Of a stretch of DNA of 64,000 nucleotides, positions 27,016 to 39,400 are shown piece by piece. This DNA comes from Eledone cirrhosa (taxonomy: Eukaryota): assembly GCA_964016885.1 (NCBI GenBank), contig OZ024757.1, forward strand, positions 13,392,001 through 13,456,000, written 5' to 3'. The position numbers were made by a program, and so were the translations under genes. Below the pieces are notes generated by a model. That model was not told where the DNA came from, made no database searches, and was given only the letters and a program-made list of their open reading frames with translations. Each line of letters opens with the position of its first letter. The first letter of the stretch is position 1.

Positions 27016-28450
27016 AAGTAATTCTTGTTGATGGCCTGAAACTGTTTGGGAAGTCTGAAACCGAAATAATCTCATTGCTTAAAACAGTCCAGATATGTAA
27101 CAGCAACATCGGCATGGAATTTGGGATTTCCAAATGCTCTGTACTTAACATAAAAAGAAAAAAGCAGCCTGCAAGTGAATTATGACTGCCTTTGGGAGAA
27201 ACCATGGGAGAACCAGAAGATAGCAGCTAGAAATATGTGCAGATCTTAGACCTAGATATTTTGTATGAAGAAATGAAAGAAAAAGTTAGAGGGATGTATT
27301 TAAAAAGAGTAAAACTGATTTTAAAATTCAATGCGTGAAATCTGATCACAGCAATGAATATCTGGGTAGTTGCAGAGGTTAGATATAGTGGTCACAGCAA
27401 TGAATACCTGGGCAATGGCAGTAGTTAGATAAAGACTATAGATGAAGAGAAAGAATGGTGACAGAGGCTTCATGTGTGTGGATCATTGTATAAGGAGTGA
27501 AAGGAGAACGCTTGCTGAATATTTGGTAAACAGTAACGAAGAGTTGTTGCAATATGCAGCAGAAGATATGGGTATAAATGCAATAAAAACGATTGGAAAG
27601 GAATATTTTTACCAAAGAGAGGAGAAAAGAAAAGATCTGGAAATGAGGATGTGTGGTCAGTTTCAGAGAATTACACAGTATATCAATGATAAAACATTGT
27701 GGACATGGCTTAAGCAAGATGATTTGAAATGTGCCACTGAAGACCATATAGTTGCAGTGCAAGATCAAGCCCTTGCTATAAATTTGGTGAAATATAACAT
27801 CTACAAAACCTTTGACACCCCAAAATGCAGACTCTGTGGAAAGAAAGTGGAAAATGTGACTCACTTAGTAAGTGGATGTGAGAGTCTTGCACAAAATGAA
27901 TACAAATGCCACCATGATAAAGTCTGTTTGTACCTTCATTGAGTTCTGTGTCGTAAATACCAATATGAAGTCATAGAGAATTACTATGAACATATGTCTT
28001 GTGAAGTAGTGATACAGGAGGATGGAAAAGAAATAATATTCTGGGATTATGACTTTCAAACTGGTAGAGTAATTGAGCATCACCGACATGACATTGTCAT
28101 ATTGAACAAGAAAGACAAATACTGTCAGATGACAGATATAGCCATACCAAATGACATATTGCGAGGAAAGAGGCTGAAATATCACCGAGTACTCTGAATT
28201 GAAGACATGGCAAGACTGGAATGTGAGATAGTAGTGTGAAAGTGATACCAGTTGTTATCAGGGAGAAATTAGGGTCAAGCCCACTGAAAGTTCAAAACTT
28301 TTTAAAGCGACTGGGAATAACTATTCGGGTTGGGTGTCATACAAAAGGTGGTCTTGCTAGGTACTGAACTCATTTTGAGGAAAGTATTATCTATCTGAGG
28401 TCAATGTTGTGACTTGACAGAAGACTAAATACCCTGTACAGATATCCATC
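27016..28450 (+). mobile_element. 5'-truncated, decayed R4/Dong-like LINE (RT C-half, CCHC zinc knuckle, restriction-like endonuclease)
   Basis: VDGLKLFGKSETEIISLLKTVQICNSNIGMEFGISKCSVL (decayed MDDLKLY...DIGMEFG.DKC). ORF 27442-27942 has KCRLCGKKVENVTHLVSGC. ORF 27994-28197 has WDYDFQTGRVIEHHRHDIVILNKK...DIAIP. Then VKVIPVVI and QKVVLLGTELILRKVLSI* (TGA 28396-28398). Stops and frameshifts throughout. Confidence 0.9.
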
Positions 28451-28474
28451 TGTACTGCATGACAGCTGAATTAG

Positions 28475-28600
28475 GTACAAGGTCAGCAATTTTGGGGGAG
28501 GGGAATGTTGATTAAATCAACCCCATTGTGTGACTGGTACTTTATTTTATCAACCCCGTAAGGATGAAAGGCAAAGTTAACTCCAGCGAGATTTCAACTC
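28475..28600 (-). mobile_element. SINE fragment with a Meta/Sauria-like core
   Basis: Reverse strand reads GAGTTGAAATCTCGCTGGAGTTAACTTTGCCTTTCATCCTTACGGGGTTGATAAAATAAGTACCAGT. A homologous copy lies on + at 29690-29850. Confidence 0.7.
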
Positions 28601-29197
28601 AATAATAATGATTTCATTTATTAGCCACACAGGCTGACATATAGGGGACAATACAAAAGACAGGGACAGTGGAGGTTTACATATACAACATGTAAACAAT
28701 ATAAATAACAATAACAAAGAACAAGAAAAATACAACAAGAAAAATTCGTCAATGGGGGGATGACCACCCAGGGTTGACTCAGGTACCCCACCAATCCTGA
28801 ACTACCCTACACTTCGAGAGCATCCGGGATGGGTACCCTCTCCTCCTCAAATTCACCCACTGGCCATTTTCGCCACATTCACCCACCTTTCAGCAAATGT
28901 ACTGGAGGGCAGCACTTCTCTCTCCACCCTCACCTTCCTTTCTAAATGAAACTTGAATAAGTTGATGAGGGATTGGCCGAAGAGATAGTGTCTGTCTTCA
29001 GTCCTTTTACCCTAGTCCACCATATAACCTCTTTCGCTATTGCCACCAGACAGAGGAAAATTGCCTGCCCTTCCTGGCCAAAAGAAGGCGGTGGGTCGAT
29101 CTTCACTATGGACTCGGTCGATAGCCGGATCCGTTCTACACATGACAACAGCTGTTCGACATAACTCCACAAGAAAGACATTATGATGGCACAGGAC
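28601..29197 (-). mobile_element. 3' end of a Tx1/L1-clade LINE
   Basis: ORF 28942-29340(-) contains LWSYVEQLLS...FLCLVAIAKEVIWWTR, similar to L1/Tx1 ORF2 C-termini. The minus strand ends in AATAAA plus an (ATT)n tail at ~28601-28622. Confidence 0.65.
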
Positions 29198-29493
29198 AAA
29201 AACATAGTGTGTATGTGTATGTGTTTTGGTGTGTGGGTGTTGGTGTAGGAATATGTTGATTTTAAAGGAAATCTATTTATTGATAGATGTGTGAAACTTG
29301 GAGTGGAAAGAAATTTACAGATATCAGTTGAGAAAAACAATTTAGGTTTGGTTTAGCATGTCGAGCAGCTATGTAAATATTTTATATGTTGCGTCACACA
29401 AATCTATATACAGAAATATCTATATACATATAAAAATACAAACACTTCAATTCATTCTAAAATCCCAGTTGGTTAATTTGATTATAATCAACT

Positions 29494-29535
29494 AATTAAA
29501 CAAACATCTGATAATTATCAGATGTTTGTTTAATT
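29494..29535. repeat. Perfect 42-bp palindrome, overlapping a larger imperfect inverted repeat (29521-29563 vs 29634-29675)
   Basis: AATTAAACAAACATCTGATAA|TTATCAGATGTTTGTTTAATT. Confidence 0.95.
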
Positions 29536-29689
29536 GTTGATTGTCAAAGGCTCTTTCATCACACATTCTGTGACTTCCTCAGTGACTACTTTTGTTGTTA
29601 TTTTGTGTCTCCTATCCCACATCATCTTATTTTTGTGATGAAAGAGCTTTGACACTCAACAACTAAATAACCATCTGGTTATTGGCAAT

Positions 29690-29850
29690 ATCGGTAGAGC
29701 ATCGGACAACATGCATTGCGGCCTTTATGGTCTGAGTTAAAATCCTGCCAAGATTAACTTTGCCTTTCATCCTTAGAGGGTCGATAAAATAAAGCACCAG
29801 TAATGAACTGGGGCAATTGCTGGCCCCGTGCCAAAAGTAGAAACAATTAA
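29690..29850 (+). mobile_element. tRNA-derived SINE with a Meta/Sauria-like core
   Basis: Decayed A/B boxes (TCGGTAGAGCA...GAGTTAAAATCC) followed by TTTGCCTTTCATCCTTAGAGGGTCGATAAAATAAAGCACCAG. Confidence 0.7.
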
Positions 29851-29924
29851 AATAACCAACTAGGAGTTTATAATAAATTGTAGTTTGTTTTGGTTGGCAG
29901 CATGATCCTTCCAGAGTATAACAA

Positions 29925-30030
29925 TATCTCTCTCTATATATATCTATCTATACATATCTCTATACATGCATATCTATACATATATATCTAGCTAGCTCTC
30001 TCTCTCTCTTTATATACATATATATATATA
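29925..30030. repeat. Compound (TA)n/(TC)n microsatellite
   Basis: Direct inspection. Confidence 0.9.
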
Positions 30031-30207
30031 TTAGCTATTCTCATACTTGCAAATGGATAATATTTAATATTACCCATATTATATATATTTAAAATAAAGA
30101 AAGTGTGGTAAGAAACCAGGTGGGCCATAATGCACCAAAGTACTCCATACTTAGGGTAGTAGAGTGGGTAATAGGAAAAGAGTGAGGACCCCGACAACTG
30201 AACTCCG

Positions 30208-30258
30208 GCCGTTTCGACAGCTAGATCTGAACAGTTCGGATCTAGCTGTCGAAACGGC
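30208..30258. repeat. GC-balanced near-perfect palindrome (20-bp perfect arms plus a 5-bp inner stem)
   Basis: GCCGTTTCGACAGCTAGATC-TGAACAGTTCG-GATCTAGCTGTCGAAACGGC. Confidence 0.95.
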
Positions 30259-31270
30259 TGCACACGACTACGTAGTAATAGAGACCCTAGACTAAATGGC
30301 AATAGAATAACAGGAACTCCCATGACAAATACGCCTGAACAAAATGCACCGACACACCCACCAAACCACAACAACCACCGTAAAGCCCGAAGCAGACCCG
30401 TGACATGGTACAACGCCCCATACTCTATACACGTTGCCACCAATATACCGGGAACCTTCTTCAGAGCTCTGGAACAATCCTTCCCACCCACAGATAAATA
30501 CCACAAGCTCTTCAATAGAAACACTGTCAAATTCTCCTTCTCCACAACACCAAATCTAGGTGACACGATAGCACACACAAATAGGACAAAAATATGCAAA
30601 CACATGATAGCACCACAACCAACCACTAGCACAACCCAAAACGAAACCACACACACAACACAACACAACAACCTACGTGCCAGCTTCACACAGAATACGA
30701 ACACATCGCCATACATCCACAACCATCAACATCACCAACACATACCACACCTACCATCCCACCCAAAACAACGCATGTGTGTGTGTGTCTGTGTGTAAGT
30801 ATGTTTGTACAAACGCCATCCCCACTGGCTATATATATATACACATGTGTATGTATATAATATATTTGTCAGGCTGCATGTGTATATATCTTTCTATATG
30901 CTTTTACATACAATCAGAACATTAACTCCTTATAGAATCAGCCCCCTTAGCAATCCACCACCACAAATATCACTCCACCATAAACACTGCAAACTTTCAT
31001 CCTTTTCATAAACCACAACACCACATCCACACCACACACAAAAATCAACCACATCTACATGCCAAACTGTCTACCGACACCCAGCACCCCCACACCGTGA
31101 CCCACTTCAGCCTACGACCAGCACCCCCAACTTACCCCCCCCCCTACACTACAGGCAAAAAGATCCCTATGAATTAATCCACCAATCAAAACAAACTTTA
31201 CTGACCAACATAGGAACATCTCACATTATCATATAGCATGTATATTCATTTTTCCGTTATATTTACAAGG

Positions 31271-31345
31271 GGTCTGACGAGCCGCGGGTTACAGAGTCAG
31301 GTCAGATCGACGCTTGAGCTGATCAGTGGCGAAACGCGCTTCACC
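31271..31345 (+). ncRNA. Type I hammerhead ribozyme-like motif (degenerate helix III)
   Basis: GGT-CTGACGA-GCCGC...GTGGC-GAAA-CGCGCT-TC-ACC: intact CUGANGA and GAAA cores, paired helix II, helix I GGT/ACC. Confidence 0.6.
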
Positions 31346-31475
31346 AACCAATCGTCCTTGTTATTTCATTTCACTATAATACTCTGTATAGTTCTACACC
31401 TCGACACTGAAGTGAACCTAAACATCGAGTGCTCACCCGGCTGAACCTACAGTAACTCCAAGTTGCACTCCCTGG

Positions 31476-31526
31476 ATATATATATATATATATACATATA
31501 GATATATATATACATATAGATATACA

Positions 31527-31557
<31 letters not shown>

Positions 31558-31630
31558 GCATACATATCTATCTATCTATCTCTCTCTATATATCTATACA
31601 TACATATCTGTATATCTGTATGTATAAATA
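31476..31630. repeat. (TA)n / (TATC)n microsatellite
   Basis: Direct inspection. Confidence 0.92.
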
Positions 31631-31634
31631 TGAA

Positions 31635-31971
31635 GGCACATGGCTTAGTGGTTAGAGCATTGGCCTTGCAATCGAAAGGTTGTGAGTTCAAATCTCAGAC
31701 TGGGTGATGTGTTATTTCCTTGAGCAAGACACTTTATTTCACATTGCTCCAGTTTACTTAGCTGTAGAAATGAGATGATAGGGACTGGGGTCCCTATCAT
31801 TCCACTGCAAAGTGGTCGTGGAAGTGCCATGGCAAAAAAGCACCCACCACTCACTGTAAATGAGGTTGATGTTAGGAAGGGCATCCAGCTGTAGAAATCA
31901 AGCCAGAATCAGTTCCCGCCCCACCCTTGCAAGCAGGGAAAAGTGGACATAAAATGATGATGATGATGATA
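31635..31971 (+). mobile_element. tRNA-derived SINE with an RTE-type 3' end and (ATG)n tail
   Basis: A box TGGCTTAGTGG, B box GAGTTCAAATC, core TCCTTGAGCAAGACACTTTATTTCACATTGCTCCAGT, 3' AGGAAGGGCATCCAGC...AAAATGATGATGATGATGAT. Confidence 0.85.
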
Positions 31972-33589
31972 TCTTTATACATACATATCACTATATACTA
32001 TATAAATGGCAATTTCTGTCTGTCTGTTGGCGTCTAAACCAGTGATCCGATCCTGATGAAACTTTACACAAATGTTAAGCTAATATTCAGGAACAGGACT
32101 GGCTAATTGGATTTCAATAAAAATAATGGAACCCTCCCTCTACTCCTCTTTCTCCTCCCACAACTCAGTCCTCCAAAACGAGGCAACAATTTGTTTGTTT
32201 TTTTGTTCTTCATTCTGTAGAGAAAGAGAGAGAGGAGAGAAAGAGAGGGGATGAGAGAGAGAGGATAAAAGAGATATATATAAATATATATATGAAGCAA
32301 AAAGGAAAGGTATGTGACACCTAGATATACTAGAAATACTAGCAAAATCCATTTCAAATCACAGTGAAGAGACATACACACACATGCATGTGTGTCATGG
32401 AAGCCACTATAACTGTTGGTGTACCTAAAAGAAATAGAAAACAAATGACCCTCAAACAAGATCCTACTGCCATAGAGGTAAAAGTTGGTGAAAGCTACAG
32501 TGTAAACATTTTAATTAAATCAAGGTTCTGCCGCAATTTGGGCCAAGGAGTGTAAACTATCAAAATATTGGTCGCCCTCTGACAGGTTTGTTGTTGAGTC
32601 CATAGCAATGGAGACTTCTGGTGTCCTTGGCTCTAGGGCTACCTCCCAACTCACCACCATTGGCACAGAGTTGTCGCAAGCCGGAATGGATTTTCCAGTG
32701 CGCCTCCCTCACCATCCTCTATTTCGACCGCCGGGGCTGCTGGGTGGCCAGCATGTGGGCCCCCATTTGTTCATAGTGAGTGATGGGGAGATCGGGAGAG
32801 ATGGAGGCAGTGACTGGGAGTTTGGTTCCTGGTGTATATATTTACCACATTTACATTTAAATAAACTTTCCTGAATTACAGAAATGGGTAAGTAAATTCT
32901 TCAGTCATTCATCAACCAATGGTAATTTATTATTTTATTTTATTTATGCTTTTTAAAAGTCTTCACGTTTTGTTTTAATTTCAGAGGTTCTGATTGTGCC
33001 AAAGAAAAAAGGATAAATAAAATCTAAATTTATTTTTTGGGTCATGCCTTTTCACTGACATACGTAATGATTCTTCCAAGTGCGAAGCATTATATATGCT
33101 GACTGTAATAGGGAGCAGTATTAAAAAAAATCACCACTGGACAAAACTAATAATATTTTTATCTACATGGTTTGCTTTAAACAATCGGCAATAGATATTC
33201 TGCTATAATTCCTACTTTAGTTAAAATTTAGCAATCATATTTCAATGGTAAAATATTGTAACTTTAATAAAATACCTGGGGATCACTAGCTTAGCTAGTA
33301 CATACATATTAGATGGCCCTTTATGAAATGATGTGACCTGGAAATTAATTAGGGGACGTTTTGAGTTGATATATTTTCAAGATCAGAAATAAATGTTGGT
33401 AAGAAAAGCTGGTAATACAATTTTGTAAATAGTAAAACCCCAATTTATGGACCACCATAATCATGGTTATCAGACCTGCTAGAAATAGCCACAAATACTA
33501 CTACACCAACTTGATAGAACACATCATAAAATATAGTTTAGATATTAAACAGATTATATAATGTTGTGATAATTTTTGTATTTTCATTT

Positions 33590-34890
33590 TTGATTATTTT
33601 CAAAAAGGGAAACAAGAGAAATTGTTCCAATTACAGAGGGATCTCCTTGTTAAGCCTTCCCAGTAAAGTCGATGCCAAATGTCTGGCAAAGAGATGCAGG
33701 AAGATTGTCGAGTCCAAGCTAGCTGATGAACAGTGTGGTTTTTGCCCCTGATGCAGCACAGCCGACCAAATATTCACTGCGGCAGGTCTTGGAGAAATCC
33801 TGGGAGTATTGCCAAGAAGTATATTCTTGTTTTGTCGACCTCAAAAAGGCACATGACTGTGTTCTTCATGACCTGCTGTGGAAGTCTGTGCAGGAGTAGG
33901 AGGTCAATGGTCAGCTTTTTGCTGCCTTGATGTCTCTATAATGCCCAAGAATTTGTGTTTGGATAAATGGTGCTATATCGAAACTATTCAATGTGGGAGT
34001 TGGACTCCACCAAGGGTGCATACTGTCACCTCTCCTGTTCATTATTTTCATGAACAAGATTGACATGGACAGCAGGGCTGGAAGTGGCATCATGACTGGC
34101 GGGTGTATAATCAGTCGACTCGAATTTGCAGACGACATGGTGTTACTTAACTCGACAGAAGGTGATCTCTGACTTGCACTTGATAGGTTTGATGCTGAGT
34201 GCTGCATGTCTGGAATTAAAATCAGTGTTGCAAAAACGGAGACACTCGTCCTCTCATGGAAGCCTGTGTGGTGCACTCTACATGTGAATGGAGTTCCACT
34301 GAAGCAGGTAGAGAAGTTCAAGTATCTCAGGGCCGTGTTCATGGGTGATGGAAGATAGGAGGCTGAATTAAGTGCAAAAATTGCAGGAGCTGGTGCAGTA
34401 ATGCTTCAGCATTCAGTAATCAGAAGAAGGGAGGTAGGTGTAAAAACCAAACGCGCTATCTTCAGTTTGGTATTCATGCCAACCCTTACCTATGGTCATA
34501 AACCTTGGGTAATGACTGAAAGAATATGATTGCAAATACAAGCGGCCAAAATTGGGTTACCCTGAAGTGTCTTTGGAGTAATGTTACTCGATAGATTGTG
34601 TAGCTCAGATATCAGAGAATCACTCCAGGTAGAGCAGCTACTTCTCAGAATTGAGAGATCACAGCTCTGATACTATAGGCATGTGGTTAGAATGTCTGAG
34701 GAAAGAATTGCTGGACAGATTTTACAGAGCCCAACCAACTGACAGGAAACCCAGGGGTAGACCCTAAGCAAGTTGGTTGGATACCATCCATGAGCTCAGT
34801 TGGTGTTGCTTAGGGATCGAGCTTGATTAATTGGAGATGGTTGCTTCTGGAAGGAGTGTTTGAGGAGCTCCCCAGGACCCTCTCAGGAAT
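33590..34890 (+). mobile_element. Decayed RTE-clade LINE reverse transcriptase
   Basis: IFKKGNKRNCSNYRGISLLSLPSKV...EQCGF; CFVDLKKAHD; VGVGLHQGCILSPLLFIIFM; LEFADDMVLL; VEKFKYL; C-terminal RKPRGRP. Multiple stops and frameshifts. Confidence 0.92.
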
Positions 34891-35744
34891 AAGTGGAAGG
34901 AGGGGGAACATTTTGCTACATTTCCAACATACTTCTACATTTTTCTTAAAAGATATAAAAGCTCAATATTGTAAAAACAAAGTACCTGTTGAAGTTCAGC
35001 CATATTGTGTTAACTTTTATAAAGTCGTTTTACAACAGTCATAGGAAGTTAAGCAAAGTGAGGTGATACTAACTACAGCACAAACACAGAGCTAATTGGT
35101 GTTGTCAAAGTGAGGTGATACTAATATGCACAATACATTGAGCACCATTGTTCCTAGCCTTCCATTTACAATGACATCTTAAATGAGGTAAATGTCATTA
35201 ATTTAGACCTCCTTAGTGAAGATAAGGGACCTCTGTTTTTTTTACTCATTTCTAATTTAATTCCCATTTTATCCCCATTTTTCCTTTAAAAAAAAAAAAA
35301 AAAAAGATGCAAAGGAAAAAAAAGTCCTGACTGCCCAGAAGCTCTTCAGAAGTTGCCCACAAGGCAAGAAGGTGGGGAGGGGGACCCGGAGAGAACAGAG
35401 AAAATAGAACCAAATGACTTGAGTCATGACCTTCCAAAAGCTAATTTAAACCAAGATTATTCTACAGTGTAGCAAAGGTGGGGTACAGGTAGCCAGAGCA
35501 AGGGCACTAGAGTCCCCTGTGTAAAGACAGCAAAAACTTGAAAAAGAATGGCAGAGAGCTGCTGCATGCAGGGCCAATGAGTCTTAAGAGAAAAGGGAAA
35601 AATGGTTAGAGCAATTACATCAACAAAACACAATGAGGAGGAGTCAAGAGTCAAAATAGAAAAGAGAAGACATTTAAAAGATGATTGCTTAATAAAAAGG
35701 AGCAGAGTGATCAAAGACAATGGAAGCGTGGGGAAGACTGGGGA

Positions 35745-36256
35745 TGAAGTGATAAAAACTGACCTTGCTTAATTGCAGCTCTCAAAGATGATGACACAGG
35801 ACCGGGATCTCTGACGTTATGCAGTAATACAGAAAATCCACCTTCCCATGGGCACAGGCTGTAGCTAAAGTATACATATAGTATGCACCATCCCCACTCT
35901 ACCTTTCCATACATCTCCCATGAGGAGAGGCTGTAGCATATATCGAGGGAAGCCTCCAACCTACACCATAGAGTTGTCATGTAGGTGTCACGACAGAAAG
36001 CACCCAGCCTATATGGTAAAGTGGTCGTGTAGGCAACATGGTAAAAAGCACCCAGCACACACCGTAAAGTGGTCATGTAGGTGTCATGACAAAAAGCACC
36101 CAGCACACACTGTAAATGTGGTTGGCATTAGGAAGGGCATCTAGCCAGAAACAGTTCTGTGCAAGCAAGACATGGTCACCTGACCCAACTTGACTCAAAC
36201 GGGACAACCTGACTCACCCATGCTAGCGTGGAAAATAGACGTTAAACGATGATGAA
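35745..36256 (+). mobile_element. Non-autonomous RTE-tail element with an internal 48-bp tandem array (copy 1)
   Basis: GTGATAAAAACTGACCTTGC start; CACCCAG at 36001, 36049, 36097 (period 48); TTAGGAAGGGCATC...ACCCATGCTAGCGTGGAAAATAGACGTTAAACGATGATGA tail. Paralog at 42050-42502. Confidence 0.75.
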
Positions 36257-36429
36257 GAAAATAAAGACAAGCTGCTAGAGTTGCCAATGAGACAATAGGT
36301 CAGCGAGAGATTAGATAAAGAACCAGGAGGAAACAGTTACTGCAGGACTTTGCCAATGCTCAGAGGAAAGATGTAAGCATCTTAAGATAGGCTGAATACG
36401 TTTGACAAAAGTGTTACACCTTTCAAAGG

Positions 36430-39400
36430 GACTTGGAAAAGATCAATTTCAACTATGATCCAAAACATGATTATTCTACGGTGAAATTAATTGATATTGG
36501 AGCAATGTCAAAAGAGGACAGTTTTTGTAAAGGAAAGAAATGGGAAAGAAAAACCTTCACTATGTGTTGTGGTGTAGGAACGGTTGTTTTACTGACGTTT
36601 GATACACCCCGGATACTTTGAAGGCACTTATTTTGGGAAACACATCAAAGAACGCGCACTTCTTGAAAAACATTAGAAGTTACCATTCCGCTTTGATAGC
36701 AATATTATAAGAGAACGGAACTTCAAGCCAACTTTTAAGGTTCAAGGTCAAGTATACCATAATATTGGATCTTTGTTGCCAACAGAAGGCAAAAATCTAC
36801 AGTTTTTGCAGTTATATTTTATGGCAAATTGCAAGGAGCTGGTTTTGCAATGGTCATTGAACCTTCCAAATTTGAAAGAAGAGTTAATCTTTGATTTGCA
36901 AGATACGTTGCATGCAAACAATAGCTACATCAGAAGATTCAAGTATGCATTGGAATCACCCACTGAATATAAGATAGTTATTGATGCAGACGACAAAAAG
37001 CCTGTGGCTGAACACAGAGGCTGCTACAATGCCCTTGCTGCAAATCAAGTAGCAGCAATTATTACTGGCAACGAGTATGGGAGGAGGGATATTATAATTC
37101 AAGGAAGAAGAAATAAGCTGCAGTGCATAAATGCACCCTATGAATCATATGATGCACTGCAGTATCCATTAATCTGTGTATTTAGCCAAGATGGATATCA
37201 ATTAGATATCAAACAAACAGATCTTAAACAAGGGCTCCTGCACTGATGAAAACAGTAAGCTGCATGGAATACTGTGTTTACCTTTTCATGTTAAGGGAGT
37301 GGAAAGTACTCCATTGGTTATGGCGACAAGTGTTCCAGTTGATACAATCAATGGAACAGCCTGCTCATGAAATTAATGTGCAAGTGGCTGAGCATTCCAC
37401 AAACGCGTACTTTTAACGTAGTTCTCCGGGAGATTCCGTGTGACAAGGCTGGCCCTTCGAATTACAGGGACAACTAATTTTTGCTAGCTGAAATAAAGTA
37501 TCTTGTTCAAGGACACAGCACGCTGCCAGGAATCAAACTCACGACCTTACGATTGTGAGCAGAATTCCCTGACCACAAAGCCACGCAAGCTCTTCCAGCA
37601 ATTTGCAGTTGATATGTATGCAAAAATTGAGGGCGAGAGACTTCTTTACAATAAAACACATCAGAAAGATCTCCGTGCATCAGATTACATTCACCTGAGA
37701 GATGTCATCAGTAATGAAGGAGCATTGGCTGCTGCTAACGTTGGACAACTTTGTCATTCATCCATCAATCTTCACAGGAACTCCACGGTATATGCATGAG
37801 CTTACATATGCCAGACACTAGTCATCCAGATGTTTTGTTACATTCACATGTAACCCAACATGGCATCAAATAAACAGTGAACTTTATCATCATCAAGAAC
37901 CCAAAGATTGCCATGATATTATTGCTAGGGTGTTCAGACTTGAAGTTATAAAGCTGATGGATGTCCTAAAAAAGGCGAAGTCTTTGGAACAGTCTAATGT
38001 GACATGTCCTCTTCTTACATACACTTTCAAAGCCCATATCAATGTTGAATTATGCAACTCTGTTAAGTCCATTAAATATATTTGCAAATATATAAACAAA
38101 GGTTTAGATGCTGCAACATACACTCTTATGCAGAATGTGAGTCAGCAAATAAACAAAAATGATGAAGTTGTACAGTATGAGAGAGGAAGATACAACAGTA
38201 GAAATGAGGATTTTGGAGCATCTTCAATTCTCCTATTCATGAGAGGCATCCAGCCATCATTCATCTGAGTGTCCATCTAGAGAATGGCCAAAAGGTTATC
38301 TTTACAAAGCAGCCTTGCAACAAGCACTTTCTCCAAAGGAAAAAACCTTTACTACCTTTTATAAGTTGTGTCAAGAAGATGAAGACTCAAGAAAACTCCT
38401 TTACCTAGAATTACCCAAAGTATTACACCTGGAGAAACAATAATTGGCACAAGAGGAAATTGCAAGAGTTTACAGTGTCCAATCAAGCCAAGCAGAATGC
38501 TACTACATACAGCTACTTCTGCATGAAGTACAAGGTCCCAAATCATTCCAAGATTTGAGGAGGGTAAATTGTCATGTGTGTGGAACTTATAGGGAAGCAT
38601 GCTATCAACAAGGTTTTTTAGAAAATGATGAGCATTGGGACTTTGCGTTGACTGAAGCATCAGTGTCAGATTCTCCAAGGAAACTCTGTAACCTTTTTGC
38701 CATTATGCTGAACATGTGCCAAATTGGCAGTCCCCTACAGCTTTGGACAAAGCATTGAGAGGACATGGCTGGGGACTTGAAGTATACAGTTCAACAGGCA
38801 AACACAGGTATCAATATTCAGTTCTGTGAAGAAAATTTCATTCAAGCAGTGATTGAAATTGCAGATCAACTGTGGCCATAAGAGGCAAGATTTAGAAGAG
38901 TCTGGTTTCAGACTGCCAAAATCAAAGTGATTTAACTTTAAGAGAGTTTACAAGAGAGACAAATTGTGACATCACAGAGTTGGCTACATTTGGGAATAAA
39001 CATGAGTCTAGGTGTCTTCCAGAACAATGCTGGGCATATTATGAAATCATTTCGTCAGTCAGAGGAATTCTCTTTTTTAATGCGCCAGGTGTTACAGGTA
39101 AAACATTTGTAACAACATTGATTACCTCCAAGGTAAGGAAACAAAAAAGAATTGCAGTTGCTGTAGCATCTTTGGCATTGCTGCCACCCTTTTCCCATGA
39201 GAATGAACAGCTCATTCTGCTTTTAAATTACTGTTAAAGCTGGTCACAAATGATAGGAGGCCAGTTTGTAACAAGCAAAGTCTTAGGTTCAGCATAAGTG
39301 TTGCACCAATGCCACCTTATCATTTGGGATGAATGCACCATGTCACATAGAGGTGCAATGGAAGCTCTTGATAGAACCTTACAGGACATAAGAGGCAACA

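Larger units (their letters stand above)
30090..31475 (+). mobile_element. Penelope-like element remnant (RT-to-GIY-YIG linker, then hammerhead-bearing terminal region)
   Basis: ORF 30322-30798 contains RSRPVTWYNAPYSIHVATNIPGTFFRALEQSFPPTDKYHKLFNRNTVKFSFSTTPNL, matching the WFNPPYS...LHKIFNRNTVK.SYSCMPN motif of Penelope-like elements. Hammerhead-like motif at 31271-31345. Boundaries are approximate. Confidence 0.75.

Noticed and set aside
31635-31710. tRNA gene (also 37520-37587 and 45720-45892)
   Set aside because: A/B boxes are present, but there is no closed acceptor stem and they continue into SINE bodies.
32608-32874. 88-aa ORF as a gene
   Set aside because: No recognisable motif; the GC-rich patch is more likely a LINE 5' region on the minus strand, which cannot be confirmed here.
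31988-33300. Non-autonomous Helitron with a CTATATACTATATAA 5' end and a CTAGT 3' end
   Set aside because: The termini are only suggestive; no clear subterminal hairpin and no second copy in the window.
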